Assembly: GCA_963808625.1 (NCBI GenBank) | Contig: CAWEHK010000001.1 | Location: forward strand, 1-51,398 | DNA from: an uncultured delta proteobacterium | Lineage (GTDB): Bacteria > Desulfobacterota > Syntrophobacteria > Syntrophobacterales > Syntrophobacteraceae | Direction: 5' to 3' | DNA length: 51,398 nucleotides | Part shown: piece after piece, positions 22,413-34,559 of the stretch | Position numbering within the stretch: the first letter of the stretch is position 1 | How the letters are laid out: every line of letters begins with the position of its first letter | Program-made: the position numbers and the translations under genes | Notes under the pieces: generated by a model | The model's input: only the letters and a program-made list of their open reading frames with translations | Database searches by the model: none | Told to the model about the DNA's origin: nothing

Positions 22413-23417
22413 CTACTTGACGCTTATTCTCGGGTTAATGACCGCATAGAGAACATCCACCACGAGGTTGATCACCACAAAGATCGCAGCAATGAAAAGC
22501 GTACCGCCTTGAATCACCATGTAGTCCCGCTGGCTGACGGCGTCGTACATCCATTTGCCCACCCCGGGCCAGGCGAAAATGGTTTCGGTAAGGATGGCGC
22601 CGCCGAGCAGAATGCCGAACTGGAGGCCGATGGTGGTGACCACGGGAATGAGGGCGTTCCGCAAGGCGTGCTTGAAGATTACCATGCTCTGGGATAAGCC
22701 TTTGGCCTTGGCGGTTTTGATGTAATCCTGACGCAGCACGTCCAGCATGCTGGACCGGGTCATGCGCGCGACAATCGCCATGGGAATAGTGCTCAGGGTG
22801 ACAGCGGGCAGAATGATGTGCCGGAGGGCATCCCGTAATGCCACCCAGTTGCGGGTCAGGATGGCATCCAGAAAATAGAAGTTGGTGATGGTATCGAGAT
22901 CAACCCCGATCGTCAATCTCCCGGAGACGGGAAGCCAACCGAGGTGCAAGGAAAAGATCAGCATCAGCACCAGGCCGAGCCAGAAAATGGGCATGCTGAC
23001 CCCGATCAGAGCGCCCAGCATGCTGACATAATCGAAAATGGAGTATTGTTTGGTCGCCGAAACAATGCCGAAAATCATACCGAACAAACAGCTGATCATC
23101 ATCGCGGCGACGGAAAGTTCGATGGTGGCGGGAAAGCGCTGTTTGACCTCGGTCCAGACCTTCTGGCGGGTCCAGATGGTTTCCCCCAGGTCCCCCTGGA
23201 GCAGACGTTCGAGAAACATTCCGTACTGAACGTAAAGCGGTTTATCGAGGCCGAGGTGCTCACGCATGGCCCGCAGGCTCTCGACGGTCGACCGTTCGCC
23301 CAACAACAATTCTGCCGGGTCTCCGGGAGTGATGTGGAGCATCAGAAAAACAATGACCGACACCCCGAGCAGGGTCGGGATCAGGATCAAGATGCGTCTG
23401 ATGATATACGCCAACAT
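22413..23417 (-). CDS. dppB: Peptide ABC permease
   Basis: MLAYIIRR...PGDPA...DYIKTAKAKGL...HALRNALIP. True start is 23417; the longer ORF runs through repeats. Confidence 0.93.
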   Translation of the reverse strand: MLAYIIRRILILIPTLLGVSVIVFLMLHITPGDPAELLLGERSTVESLRAMREHLGLDKPLYVQYGMFLERLLQGDLGETIWTRQKVWTEVKQRFPATIELSVAAMMISCLFGMIFGIVSATKQYSIFDYVSMLGALIGVSMPIFWLGLVLMLIFSLHLGWLPVSGRLTIGVDLDTITNFYFLDAILTRNWVALRDALRHIILPAVTLSTIPMAIVARMTRSSMLDVLRQDYIKTAKAKGLSQSMVIFKHALRNALIPVVTTIGLQFGILLGGAILTETIFAWPGVGKWMYDAVSQRDYMVIQGGTLFIAAIFVVINLVVDVLYAVINPRISVK

Positions 23418-23440
23418 GGGCGACCCCTTTGTCAGGATAT

Positions 23441-23993
23441 GGAGACGCGGAGAAGCGGAGACAAGGGAAGGGAGAGGGGAGATGGGGAGACACGGTGACG
23501 GGATGCGGAGACCTGGTGACATTCTAACCGGGAGATTAGTGAAAATGGAGCTTCCGCAGCAGGTTCCTGCTAAGTACAGCACCACAGAATTAAGTGACCA
23601 TTGTCCCCGCGTGTCTTTGGCGGGAATCCAGTACGCCCCCCGCTCTCCATCACCGCGTCTCTTTTTTTGCCCTGAAGGGGCTCGATAGATTAGCCCAGGG
23701 TCAGCGATAGCGCCACCCTGGGGCGCCAAGCCAAGCACAACACGAATTTCTACCCTGAAGGGGTTACATAAAACATATGGACACAACGATTTATCTAACC
23801 CTTTCAGGGTAAGGGAAAAGGGGATTGGACTTCCCCTCCCAGGGTGGCGCGGTTGCTGACCCTGGGCTATTTTATGAAGCCCCTTCAGGGCATTCATCAT
23901 CCGCCTGGCAACCAGTCGCAGGCATGACTCCATCTCGGTTAAACCTTAGCTTGACGCATATGCCGTGTCTCCCCCTCTCCCCCTCCCCGCGTC
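23441..23993. repeat. Nested repeat stack between dppA and dppB
   Basis: 8-bp GGAGACRC arrays (23441-23520; inverted at 23963-23993) enclose a TAAGTACAGCAC end (23571) and a CCCTGAAGGG palindromic element (23669-23891). Confidence 0.8.
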
Positions 23994-24006
23994 AGCTCGA
24001 GGCCGG

Positions 24007-25610
24007 TTACTCCAGCCACACATTCTTCAGGCGCATGGAACTCGTCGGATGGAGCTTGAAATCCATGACCTTCTTCTGGACCGGGGCGATGACCGTAGAA
24101 TGGGCGACACAGATCACCGGCACCTCATCGTGGATCATCTGTTGGGCCTTTTGGTAGATCTCGGTACGCTTGCCCTGATCGATCGTCTCTCGTCCCGCCA
24201 TCATCAGTTTGTGGTATTCCTCATTCTTCCACTGGGTCCTGACGGCCGGTGAGGCAAGGCCATCGAAGAGCACGGCGAGGAAGTTGTCCGGGTCGCCGTT
24301 GTCTCCGGTCCAACCCAACTGGAACAGGTCCATGTCCTCGGGTTGTTCCCGCTGCCGCTTGAGATAGGTCCCCCATTCGTAGCTGACGATGCGGGCATTG
24401 ATTCCCACCTTGGCCAGGTCGGAAATCATCGCAATGCCCACCTTCAGGCCTTCGGGGTTATACGGCCTGGCAACCGGCATGGACCAAAGGGTGATCTCCG
24501 GCAGGCCCTTGCCTTCGGCAAATCCCGCTTCCTGCAGTTCCTTCTTGGCCAGTTCGGGGTCGAAGGGGAAATCCTGGATGCTGTCGTTGTAACTCCACAT
24601 GGTGGGTGGAATCGGGTTCTTTGCCACCGTCCCCATGCCCTGGTAAATGTTGTCCACAATGGCCTTGCGGTTGATGGCGTGAACGATGGCCCGGCGCAGA
24701 TGAACGTTTTGCCAGAGGGGTTTGGTAAGGTTGTAACCCAAGTAACCGATGTTCATGCCGGGCTGGGAAATGATCTTCAGATTCGGGTCCTGCTTGGCCA
24801 GCGGAATATCCGCCGCATTGGGAAACACGCAGATATGGATGCTCCCGGTCTTCAGTTCGAGGAAGCGCACCGAGTTCTCCGGGATGGAGCGAAAGACCAC
24901 TTTGTCCAGGTAGGGGCCGGCCGCCTTGTTCCAGTAGTCCGGGTTCTTGTCGAGCACAATTTGGTCGTCCTTGATCCATTTGACAAATTTGAACGGACCC
25001 GTGCCGACGGGGTTGCGCACAAATTCTTTGGGGTTCTTCACAAACGCCGTGGGGCTGATGATGTCGGCAAAGTCCATGCCCAGGTTGGCCAGGAACGGGG
25101 CGTTGACCTTCTTGAGCTTGAACACCACGGTGTTGTCATCCACCGCTTCGATGCTCTCCACGATATCGTCCATTTCCATGGAAACCCAGTATTCGGGCGG
25201 CCTCTCCTGCGGGGGAACTTCCCAGCCCTTACCGACGAATTTCAGGTTCTTGGTCTTCATCATCCGCCCGAGGGAAAAGACCACCGCGTCAGCATTGAAC
25301 GGCGTCCCGTCATGGAACTTGACGCCCTTGCGGAGATGAAAGGTGTAGGTCTTGCCATCCGGCGAGATGTCCCAGGATTCCGCCAGCCCCGGTTCGATGG
25401 CGGTGGATTCATCGGCGTACTCGACCAGGGCTTCGTAGATATTGTCGCAGACCATGAAGGAGTTGCCGTCGGTTTCGTAGGCCGGATCCAGACCTACGCT
25501 GTCGCTGCTGCGGCCGAAGACGAGCGTCCCTCCTTTCTTTGGCCCGGCCGCCAAAGCCAAACCGGTGCACAGCAACAGTACGAGAATATGAACGTCGCTT
25601 TCTTTACCAT
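24007..25610 (-). CDS. dppA: Peptide ABC substrate-binding protein (frameshift in the signal peptide)
   Basis: LAESWDISPDGKTYTFHLRKGVKFHDG, PVGTGPF, MPVARPYNP, GWTGDNGDPDNF; GGAGG RBS before the ATG at 25610. Confidence 0.92.
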
Positions 25611-25890
25611 GGGTACTCCTCCTTGTGATGGGTTGATGCCTGCCATGTATCCAAACGCAACCTGTTCCCTTGCCTTTGAAGCCGCTCGACCCGGTGGTCG
25701 AACCAATATCAGACACCACTATCAGGGAATGATTCGAATGGAGCAACCATGTCAGAAAACGAGCGCTCAGTCAACCAGGTATCTGAATGATTCAAAGAAA
25801 CACTCAAAAAGGAGATTCAGGGCACGGTTGTTGATTCGGCAAGGAGAAGAGGATATTTTGTAGACGATAGGGAAACACCACGGGGCAACG

Positions 25891-26050
25891 ATACTCGTTT
25901 AGGCTGAAAACCTTCATTTCGGTGGGCTTAGGAATCAACCGCAGAGCACGCTGAGATCGCAGAGGAATCCAATCATTTCAGAGCAAATCTCTCTGCGCAC
26001 TCTGCGTTCTCCGCGGTAAAGAGAGAACTTTTTCATCTTTAACGAGTATA
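25891..26050. mobile_element. MITE family M3 with converging CGCAGAG 9-bp arrays
   Basis: TIR ATACTCGTTTAGGCTGAAA / TTTCATCTTTAACGAGTAT; inverted homologue at 29213-29372. Confidence 0.82.
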
Positions 26051-26106
26051 TCTTTACACAGCTATGCCTTCCTTTAGAGCCATCTGCCTGTCCGGGGAGA
26101 AGCATC

Positions 26107-27428
26107 GTGAAGTATCCTGAAATCAAGACCGCCCTTCCGGGCCCCGCGCGGCGGCGCTCATTGCCATTGACCGCGAATTTGTATCCCCTTCCTATACCCG
26201 GAGCTACCCGCTGGTCGCCGAATCAGCCGAAGGGCTCTGGATTCGTGATCCGGACGGCAACGTCTTTCTCGACTTCACCGCGGGCATCGCGGTCTGCGCT
26301 ACGGGACACTGCCATCCGCTCGTGGTGCGGGCCATCAAGGAACAGGCCGAGCAGCTCCTGCACATGTCCGGTACTGATTTCTATTACCCTCCCCAGATCA
26401 TGCTGGCGCAAAAGCTCGCCAGCGTGGCTCCCGGTCCTGGCGCCCGCAAGGTTTATTTCGGCAACTCCGGCGCCGAAGCGGTCGAGGCGGCCTTCAAACT
26501 GGCCCGCTGGCATACCCGGCGCGAGCTCAACCTGGCTTTCTTCGGCGCTTTCCATGGCCGTACCATGGGAGCGCTGTCTCTGACCGCCAGCAAGACCATT
26601 CAGAAGAAACATTACAGTCCCATGGTGCCGGGGATTACTCACGTTCCCTATCCTTACTGTTACCGATGCCCTTACCGGCTTTGCTATCCGACATGTGGGA
26701 CCGCTTGTGTGGACTGGATCGAGGATACCCTTTTCCGCACTACCGTCCCCCCCGAGGAGGTTGCTGCGATCTTCGTCGAGCCGATCCAGGGGGAGGGCGG
26801 CTATATCGTGCCTCCACCGGAATTCCATCAAAGGCTCTACGGGGTCGCGCAGAAATACGGCATCCTCTATGTCGCCGACGAGGTGCAGTCCGGCATGGGA
26901 CGCACGGGCAAAATGTTCGCCATGGAACACTTCGGTGTTGCTCCCGAGATCCTGGCCGTGGCCAAGGGTGTCGCTTCTGGTATGCCGCTGGGGGCCATGG
27001 TGGCCTGGGCGGACATCATGGACTGGGAGGCCGGGTCGCACGCCTCAACCTTTGGCGGCAACCCCGTTTCCTGCCAGGCCGCTCTAACCACTATGGAGCT
27101 GTTGGAAGGCGGTCTCATGGATAACGCCGCGCGCCGCGGCGAACAACTGATGGCCGGGCTCCGGGAAATGCAGCAGGCCATCGAATGCATTGGCGACGTC
27201 CGCGGCAAGGGGCTGATGGTAGGCGTTGAACTGGTGAAGGATCGCGTGACCAAAGAGCGCGCCGAAGACTGGCGCGACCAGGTAATCCAGAAGGCCTTTG
27301 GCAAGGGTCTGCTGCTCCTTGGCTGCGGCGCCAATTCCATCCGCTTCTGCCCGGCCCTGACCGTCAGCGCCGATGAAATCGACGTCTGTCTCTCGATTTT
27401 CGAGGAGGTTTTGCGAAAGGTCACATGA
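26107..27428 (+). CDS. Class-III PLP omega-aminotransferase (ornithine/lysine/GABA-type), 5' frameshift
   Basis: PEIKTALPGP, LDFTAGIAV, NSGAEAVE, FHGRT, EPIQGEGG, DEVQSGMGRTG, AKG, STFGGNP. Confidence 0.9.
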
Positions 27429-27449
27429 TACTACAATGAGACTTCGCTG

Positions 27450-27536
27450 GTAGGGTGGGCAAAAGCGGAGCGTTGCCCACCGCTTTGAGGCGTGTGGGCG
27501 CTTCGGTGGGCAAGGTAAAGCCTTTGCCCACCCTAC
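27450..27536. repeat. GTAG-type REP doublet inside a short TIR shell (about 27429-27574)
   Basis: GTAGGGTGGGCAA...TTGCCCACC and GGTGGGCAA...TTGCCCACCCTAC. Confidence 0.85.
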
Positions 27537-27646
27537 ATGATGGTGCGGGCATCCCCCAATATCTCGTTGGAGTGCTGATAACGCGCGGGTCTTTTAAGCA
27601 AGGTTAAACTGTGTGGGGAAGACTCAGCCGCCGGAAGGAGGATCTC

Positions 27647-29190
27647 ATGGAAGGGTTAATCGCCGAACTTGGCCTTGCCAATATGAATTCAGGGACTGTT
27701 GCCGGCCCGGTCACCCTGGAATGCCAGGGAGAGGTCCTGGAATCGGTTTCTCCGGTCGATGGGCGGGTGCTTGGCCAGGTGCGGCAGGCTTCCGCTGCTG
27801 ACTATGAGATTGTAGCCACAAAAGCGGCCGCAGCTTTCCTCGAATGGCGTATGACGCCGGCGCCGCAGCGCGGGGAGGTCGTGCGGCAAATTGGCAATGC
27901 CATGCGTGCCCGCAAGAAGGAACTGGGAGCTCTGGTCAGCCTCGAAGTGGGCAAGATCAGATCTGAGGCGGAGGGGGAAGTGCAGGAGTTGATCGACATC
28001 TGCGATTTCGCCGTCGGACTCTCGCGCATGCTCTATGGCCTGACCATGCCCAGTGAACGCCCGAAGCACCGCATGTATGAGCAATGGCACCCGCTCGGCC
28101 CCATCGGCGTTATCACCGCCTTCAATTTCCCGGTCGCGGTCTGGGCGTGGAACGCGATGATCGCCATGGCAGCCGGCGATACGGTGGTCTGGAAACCCTC
28201 CAGCAAGGCGCCCCTGACGGCCCTTGCCATCACGAAGATCGTCGGCCCGGTGCTCGAAAAAAATGGGCTTCCCCAAGGGATTCTAAATGTTGTGATCGGT
28301 AATCGCCATGATGTGGGCGAGCAATTGATATCAGACCGTCGCTTGCCGCTCATCTCGGCAACGGGCAGCGTGGCCATGGGCCGCCATGTGGGCCAGGTGG
28401 TGGCCGCACGCCTTGGGCGATCACTCCTCGAGCTCGGCGGCAACAACGGGGTCATCGTGACGCCCAGCGCCGATCTCGGGCTGGTAGTGCGGGCCATTCT
28501 TTTCGGGGCCGTCGGTACCGCAGGGCAGCGCTGCACGACCATCCGGCGCGTGATTGCTCACAAAGATATCTACGGTCCGCTGTGCGAAGGCCTCATAGAA
28601 GCATATCGCCAGGTGGTGATCGGCAATCCGTTGGAAGACGGCGTGCTCATGGGGCCGCTCATCGATCGGCATGCGGTTGAGAAGATGCAGAAAGCGCTGA
28701 GGGTCCTCAAGGAGCAGGGCGGCAGTGTGCTCTACGGCGGAGACGTTCTCAGCGGCGGGACCTTCGATGCCGGGACCTATGTCACTCCCTGCATTGCGGA
28801 GGCGCGCCACGACACTGCCCTTGTTCAGGAAGAAACCTTCGCTCCGATTCTGTATATGATCTCCTATGACAACATCGAAGAGGCCCTTCGCTATCACAAT
28901 GGCGTGCCTCAGGGGCTCTCAGCTCGGCGATTTTCACCAATGATTTGCGCGAGAGCGAAATGTTCCTCAGCCACATGGGGAGTGATTGCGGGATTGCCAA
29001 TGTGAATGTCGGGACCTCGGGGGCTGAGATCGGCGGCGCCTTCGGGGGAGAAAAGGACACCGGCGGCGGCCGCGAATCCGGCTCCGATGCCTGGAAGGCC
29101 TACATGCGCCGCCAGACCACGACGATCAACTGGTCTCGCGAACTGCCCCTGGCTCAGGGGATTCGGTTTGGTCTCGAGCCGCCACGATGA
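27647..29190 (+). CDS. ALDH7-family aldehyde dehydrogenase (P6C/aminoadipate-semialdehyde dehydrogenase-like), frameshift near 28920
   Basis: [67 protein letters not shown]. Confidence 0.9.
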
Positions 29191-29212
29191 TCACCATGGT
29201 GTCAATTTGACA

Positions 29213-29372
29213 TATACCGGTTAAGGATGAAATGTTTCATTTTTCACCGCGGAGAACGCAGAGTGCGCAGAGAGATTTTACACTGAAATATTTTGGTTTC
29301 TCTGCGATCTCTGCGTGCTCTGCGGTTAGTTTCTATGTCTACCAAATTGAAAGTTCTCAGCCTAAACAAGTA
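29213..29372. mobile_element. MITE family M3, second copy
   Basis: Reverse-complement homology to 25891-26050. Confidence 0.82.
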
Positions 29373-29431
29373 GAGGTTGGTAGCGAAGGATTTTTGAACC
29401 ATCGGATTCTCACGGGGCAGGCCAAACACTA

Positions 29432-30560
29432 ATGGGACTTCTTTTCATCGACGGCAATCAGGCCGTAGCAATGGGGGCGCTCTATGCGGGGTGCCGGTTT
29501 TTTGCGGCGTACCCGATCACTCCGGCAACGACGCTGTTTGCGGCCATGCTCGAACGGCTTCCGGCAGCCGGGGGCATCGTCCTGCAGGGCGAGGATGAAA
29601 TCGCCGCCATGGGTTACTGCCTGGGAGCGTCCATGGCGGGCATGAAAGCCATGACCGCGACTTCGGGACCGGGGATAAGCCTTTACAGTGAGAACATCTC
29701 TTTTGCCATTGCCGGCGAGATTCCCATCGTGGTCGTCGATGTCATGCGCCAGGGGCCTTCCACGGGCGCGGCCACCCTCGCTGCCGACGGGGACGTGCAG
29801 TTCCTGCGCTGGGGTTGCAGCGGGGGGCTGCCGGTCATCGTGCTCGCTCCGGTTGACGTGCGCGATTGCTTCACCTTGACCGTCCATGCCTTCAACCTGG
29901 CGGAACGGTTCCGCTGCCCCGTCTTTCTCGCCTCGAATAAAGAAATCGGCATGACGCGGGAGACCATCGATATGGCGAGCGTCGAAAAGCCTGCCGTGCT
30001 CGACCGGACCCTGCATGCTTCCGGACCGTTTCTTCCTTTTGCGGTAAAGGACGGAGAAGACGTTCCGGCCTTCCTTCCCATCGGGGGACCCGTGCCGGTG
30101 AGGCAGACTTCGTCCACTCATGGCGCCAACGGTTACATCACCACCGATCCCTCCGCGATTCAGGCGGGAGTGGAACGACTGCAGAGAAAGATCGAATCCC
30201 AGGTGGCGTCGTTCACTTTTTTTGATTTTAAAGCACGAGCCGGTGCCCGGACGTTGATCGTGACCTACGGCATCACGGCGCGAGCGGCAAAAGCAGCAGC
30301 GGCGGCGATCTTCGAGGAGTCGGGCCAACCGGTTTCAGTGCTGGCGTTGAAGACCCTCTGGCCGGTGCCCGAGCAACTGCTCCTCGAGGCGGCGGCAGGA
30401 ATGGAGCGGGTCGTCGTGGTCGAAATGAACCTGGGACAATATGTCCATGAGGTCCGTCGAGTGTTTGCGGGAGGCGGGCGGATTTCCATGGTGAAGTGGA
30501 ATTCTATGGCAAAATGGATGGCCGGTTGATCTCGCCTGGGGAAATCACAAGCGAGGTGCT
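29432..30560 (+). CDS. 2-oxoacid:ferredoxin oxidoreductase alpha subunit (3' frameshift)
   Basis: GNQAVAMGA, YPITPAT, EDEIAA, ATSGPG, VMRQGPSTG, VVEMNLGQY. Confidence 0.9.
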
Positions 30561-30562
30561 GC

Positions 30563-31880
30563 GTGGCTAGTCTGCTCAATCCGAGTCGTCCCCCCGCTTT
30601 CTGCCCCGGATGTTCCCATGAGCAGAGCCTGCACGCCCTGGATCGGGCGTTGCTCGACTTGGGCCTGCACGCTCACGAAATTGCCATGGTGAGCGATATC
30701 GGCTGTTCCGGGCTATTCGACACGTTTTTCAAGACGCACGCCCTCCATGGCCTTCACGGTCGTGCCCTCACCTATGCCGCCGGCATCAAGCTCGCCCGCC
30801 CGGAGCTCGCGGTGGTGGTGACCATGGGCGACGGCGGCGTCGGCATCGGAGGCGCTCATTTCCTGGCGGCCTGCCGCCGCAATCTGAACCTGACGCTCCT
30901 GGTCCTCAATAATTTCAACTTCGGGATGACCGGCGGCCAGTTCTCCTGCACCACGCCCTCCCAGGCTTCGGTGGCTTCCGGTTTTCTCAATACGCTCGAA
31001 TCACCCATGGACATTTGCCGCGTCGCTGCCGCTGCCGGGGCCCCCTTCGTAGCGCGCTGCCTCGGTTTATGAGAAGGATTTGAGTCGGCTGCTGGCGCGG
31101 CGATAGCCTTCGACGGGTTTTCCGTGGTGGATCTCTGGGGAATCTGCACCGGCCACTACCGTCGCCGAAACCCGCTGACGCCCGGGGACATCCGGAAGAG
31201 CCTTGAAGAGTCTGCCCGCCTTCACCGGTCCCGTGGCTGCGAATGTGCGCCCCGAATATGGAGTCTTGTTATAGGGAAGCTAGCCGGGTTCCGAGGGTGT
31301 CGGGACCGACTGGAAGGGGATTGCGGCACACTTTGCACCGCCGGTCCGAGGGCGCCGCGAAATCGTCCTCCTCGGCGCCGCCGGGGATCGGATCATTTCC
31401 GCCGGATCGCTGCTGGCTCATGCGGCGATTCTCGGCGGAATGCAGGCGACCCAAAAGAACGATTACGACATCACCGTGATGCGCGGCCCCTCCGTCAGCG
31501 AGCTCATCCTGTCTCCCGAGCCGATCCTTTTTACCGGGGTCGAACGGCCCGACGTCATCGTCGCGCTTGCACCGGAAGGGGTTATGCGAAAGCGGGAGCT
31601 CTTCGCCAAAATGTCCTCCAAGGGCCGGGTGATCCTGGCGAAAGGAGTTGGAAATCCCCGATACTGCGCGCCCATGCCGCAGAAATCGACTTCAAGGGGC
31701 ATGGCATCAAGACGAACCGAACGGGCGCTTGCCGCCCTGTCGCTGCTTGCCCGCGAGCCGAAGATCCCATCACCATCGAGATGCTCGAAATGGCGCTACG
31801 AGGCTCCCTCAGCGGTAAAACCCTGGAGGGCAGCCTTGGCCTCCTGCAACGAGCGGCAACCATTGCCACCTCTTAGCTGA
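30563..31880 (+). CDS. 2-oxoacid:ferredoxin oxidoreductase beta-gamma fusion, frameshifted
   Basis: FCPGCSH, DIGCSG, HGRA, GDGG...NNFNFGMTGGQ (TPP site), then gamma-like EIVLLGAAG and ATQKNDYDITVMRGPSVSE. Confidence 0.85.
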
Positions 31881-32087
31881 TCGCCAGTGGTGGTTATGCT
31901 CCTGGCTATGCGGCCGTCGCCAAGGTGAACAGGATATTCTTTTCGTCTGTCTTCAGCTTGGGTGTTCACATTTCGGCCAGGAATATGGATGATTGGGCAT
32001 GCAGTTTGATCAACTCATGCCACCCATTCTTCTCGAAGACCGATGGATTAGATTTATGCTTATCGCCCGCCCGCCTGATCGGCAACA

Positions 32088-32973
32088 TCATTTTCGAGCT
32101 AGTATTGTATCGTCTGCGACTGTTTTCATTGGTGCTGACATCGCTGATTTGTTTACATAGACCTTGGAGAAAAAGGCATCCACAAAAGCCATTGGCAGCG
32201 GCATTGACTTGGAGTTGAGAACCACATATTGGGTCTCGAGCCGCTTGTGGTTGCTTATGCCAGGCGGAGATGTATCCGATACTGTGTAAGGCAAGGCGAC
32301 CTCTGCGTCATCATCGCGTTGCGCAAGAAATCTATGATTGGCTTTATCCCACTCAATGCGGACTGTCGTATTCTCGCCAACTTTTATGGTCCCGAGATGT
32401 TGGTTTGCAAGCACGGTGCCTGTGATACAGTCCTTATCACCACAGAGAAATGCAAAAGCCTCCACACGAAGAGTGTCAAGGGGATCAGAAGAGCCTAATG
32501 CCCTTCTAATACCAACCTCAGCCCACACATCATTTACTCCACTATCGGGCGTCGGTGTTCCAGTGTTAAAGAAATATCCGCAAAGCCGGGCTACTACCCT
32601 GCTGTTATTAGAGCGCACTGGATCAGTGGTCGGGCCTGATTAGCGTGTAGCTTTTCACTTGGATGGTGGCTTTCATGGCTGTGACAGTATCGCCATCAGT
32701 GAATCGCAAACGATGGTTTACAAGAGAACTCCCGAGATCCGTCGTATTGCTTCCATAACCACGGACGAATAAATGCAACCGCCCCGTTTCAATTTTGCGA
32801 TGGTTTTCGCGCATGGACAAAGGATAATTTTGGGATTCGTTGCCAACCCATTTCACCGGATTGATAAGTGTCGCACGAAAATCGTCGTAAAGCTTCAGTG
32901 GTCCACCGGCGTGTGCGGACATGCCCAGGAAAACAACCAAGATAAAAACACAACAACCAAGTATAAACCTCAT
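32088..32973 (-). CDS. Secreted hypothetical protein (frameshift near 32625)
   Basis: Signal peptide MRFILGCCVFILVVFLGMSAHA with a GGAG RBS; two consecutive beta-rich ORFs; lower GC. Confidence 0.6.
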
Positions 32974-33219
32974 GGATTCTCCCTTTTCAAGGTTGGTTTT
33001 TCAAATTCGATACCCTTTTTGATGGCAAAACCAAAATCTGTCTCATTTCCCTGAGATTCTCTCCTCTGTTTAGGGGGCTGTGAGAGTGTCAATGCCGTGC
33101 CGAATACACAAATTCGCGTGGGTGGGGCACAACTGCTACAACTGGATTCAGAAGTCAATAAAAGAATGAAAGCAGGTATGCAGTGTAAGCTCAACCATCT
33201 AATGGTCCATTTGCTACGA

Positions 33220-33470
33220 TCATTTTCGGCAAACAAAGAGACCTTGCTCCATGAGAGAGGATTTTTCCGTAATATCTCGGCAACTGGTACAACAGAAAGC
33301 CCCTGGCCACCAAAGCTTGGCAATGTAGTCGAGACGAGCCTCTTCACCGCTAAACCATTCGTCAGACTCCTGGAACGTTCCAGGATGGTTAATGCCGGAA
33401 ATCGGGTGTCTTTGCTCTTCATCGACCACGTGCTAGACTATATGATTGGCTGAGTGAAGTGCATGCCCAC
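33220..33470 (-). pseudogene. IS1595-family transposase N-terminal remnant
   Basis: PGTFQESDEWFSGEEARLDYIAKLWWPGAFCCTSC...GLFVCRK, a Zn-ribbon start. No DDE domain follows. Confidence 0.7.
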
Positions 33471-33520
33471 TATGGCATATTTTAAAGACAAGGGGATGTG
33501 CCGGGGACGGAGGGCCAGGA

Positions 33521-34348
33521 ATGAAGTTCCTTGAAGGACTTTCAGAGGACATCAAGAAGAATCTTTTGGAGCAGCTCCGCGTCCTCTGGACGCATGCTTC
33601 GACCGCCATCGAGGGGAACACCCTGACCTTGGGCGAAACCGCGTTTGTTCTGAGCGAAGGGCTGACCATCAGGGGGAAGCCGCTCAAGGATCATCGGGAG
33701 GTTGAAGGCCATGCCCGTGCCGTCGAATTGGTTTATGCCCTTCTCAAAAAAGACGAAATCGTCGCATCCGACCTTTTCGATCTTCACCGTCTGGTGATCG
33801 ACGAGCAAATTCTGGATGTGTACAAGCCTGTTGGCGGGTGGAAAAAGGAGAACAATGCCGTAAACATCGCGATTGGTGACAAACAGACGATAGTGGAATT
33901 CTCGAATCACTGGGAAATCCCTCAGCTCATGGAACGCTGGCTTCATCTCCTGAACGCTGAAATCCGCTCCGTAAAAGAACCCCAAGAGGTGCTTCAGTCC
34001 TATGCCCGCCTCCATCTCTCCCTGGTCAGCATCCATCCCTTCTGGGACGGGAATGGCCGGATCGCCCGGCTGGTTTCCAACCTTCCCTGCCTTCGGGCCG
34101 GCTACCCACCGATCATCATCGCCAAAGAGCGGCGCTACGATTATCTCACCCTGATTGGTCAATACCAGTTGGCCCACGGCGTTCCTTCCCTCAACACGGA
34201 GATGATCCACGAAGATGCCTTGCTTGAGGGATTTTGCTTGCTCTGCGAGGAATGTTGGAAGGGAAGCCGCTCCCTTGTCGAGCAGGCTCACGTGCTCCAG
34301 CGAAACAGGGATAACAGAACCTCCAAAGCAACTACCTCTCCCCCCTAA
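33521..34348 (+). CDS. Fic-domain protein
   Basis: STAIEGNTL inhibitory motif and HPFWDGNGRIAR. Confidence 0.93.
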   Translation: MKFLEGLSEDIKKNLLEQLRVLWTHASTAIEGNTLTLGETAFVLSEGLTIRGKPLKDHREVEGHARAVELVYALLKKDEIVASDLFDLHRLVIDEQILDVYKPVGGWKKENNAVNIAIGDKQTIVEFSNHWEIPQLMERWLHLLNAEIRSVKEPQEVLQSYARLHLSLVSIHPFWDGNGRIARLVSNLPCLRAGYPPIIIAKERRYDYLTLIGQYQLAHGVPSLNTEMIHEDALLEGFCLLCEECWKGSRSLVEQAHVLQRNRDNRTSKATTSPP

Positions 34349-34448
34349 CCAAGATCCTCACCGGGTCCCAGCGAAGAATGAGAGCAGGAGATTGACAGCT
34401 GAAGTGACTTCTCAATAAGTAGGGATGCACGAACTCTTCTGAAAGCGC

Positions 34449-34480
34449 TGGATTCCCGCCAGAAGCGCGCGGGAATGACG
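34449..34480. repeat. GGATTCCCGC...GCGGGAATGAC REP-like hairpin
   Basis: Same core type as in the M1/M5 elements and at 50774-50806. Confidence 0.75.
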
Positions 34481-34559
34481 ATCTGAGACTACCACGGTCC
34501 CTTTGGGGCTTTATGCGATGAGATTAGTTGCCGAAAGAATGAACATCCCTCTGTTATTA

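Noticed and set aside
23418..23933. N-terminal extension of DppB
   Set aside because: Read-through of repeat elements; homology starts at MLAYIIRR (23417).
21429..25863. Long plus-strand ORFs (422 aa, 506 aa), also 41056-42498
   Set aside because: Antisense shadows of GC-rich ABC transporter genes.
31874..31900. GCTGATCGCCAGTGGTGGTTATGC as an attC half-site
   Set aside because: No complementary left arm and no cassette context.
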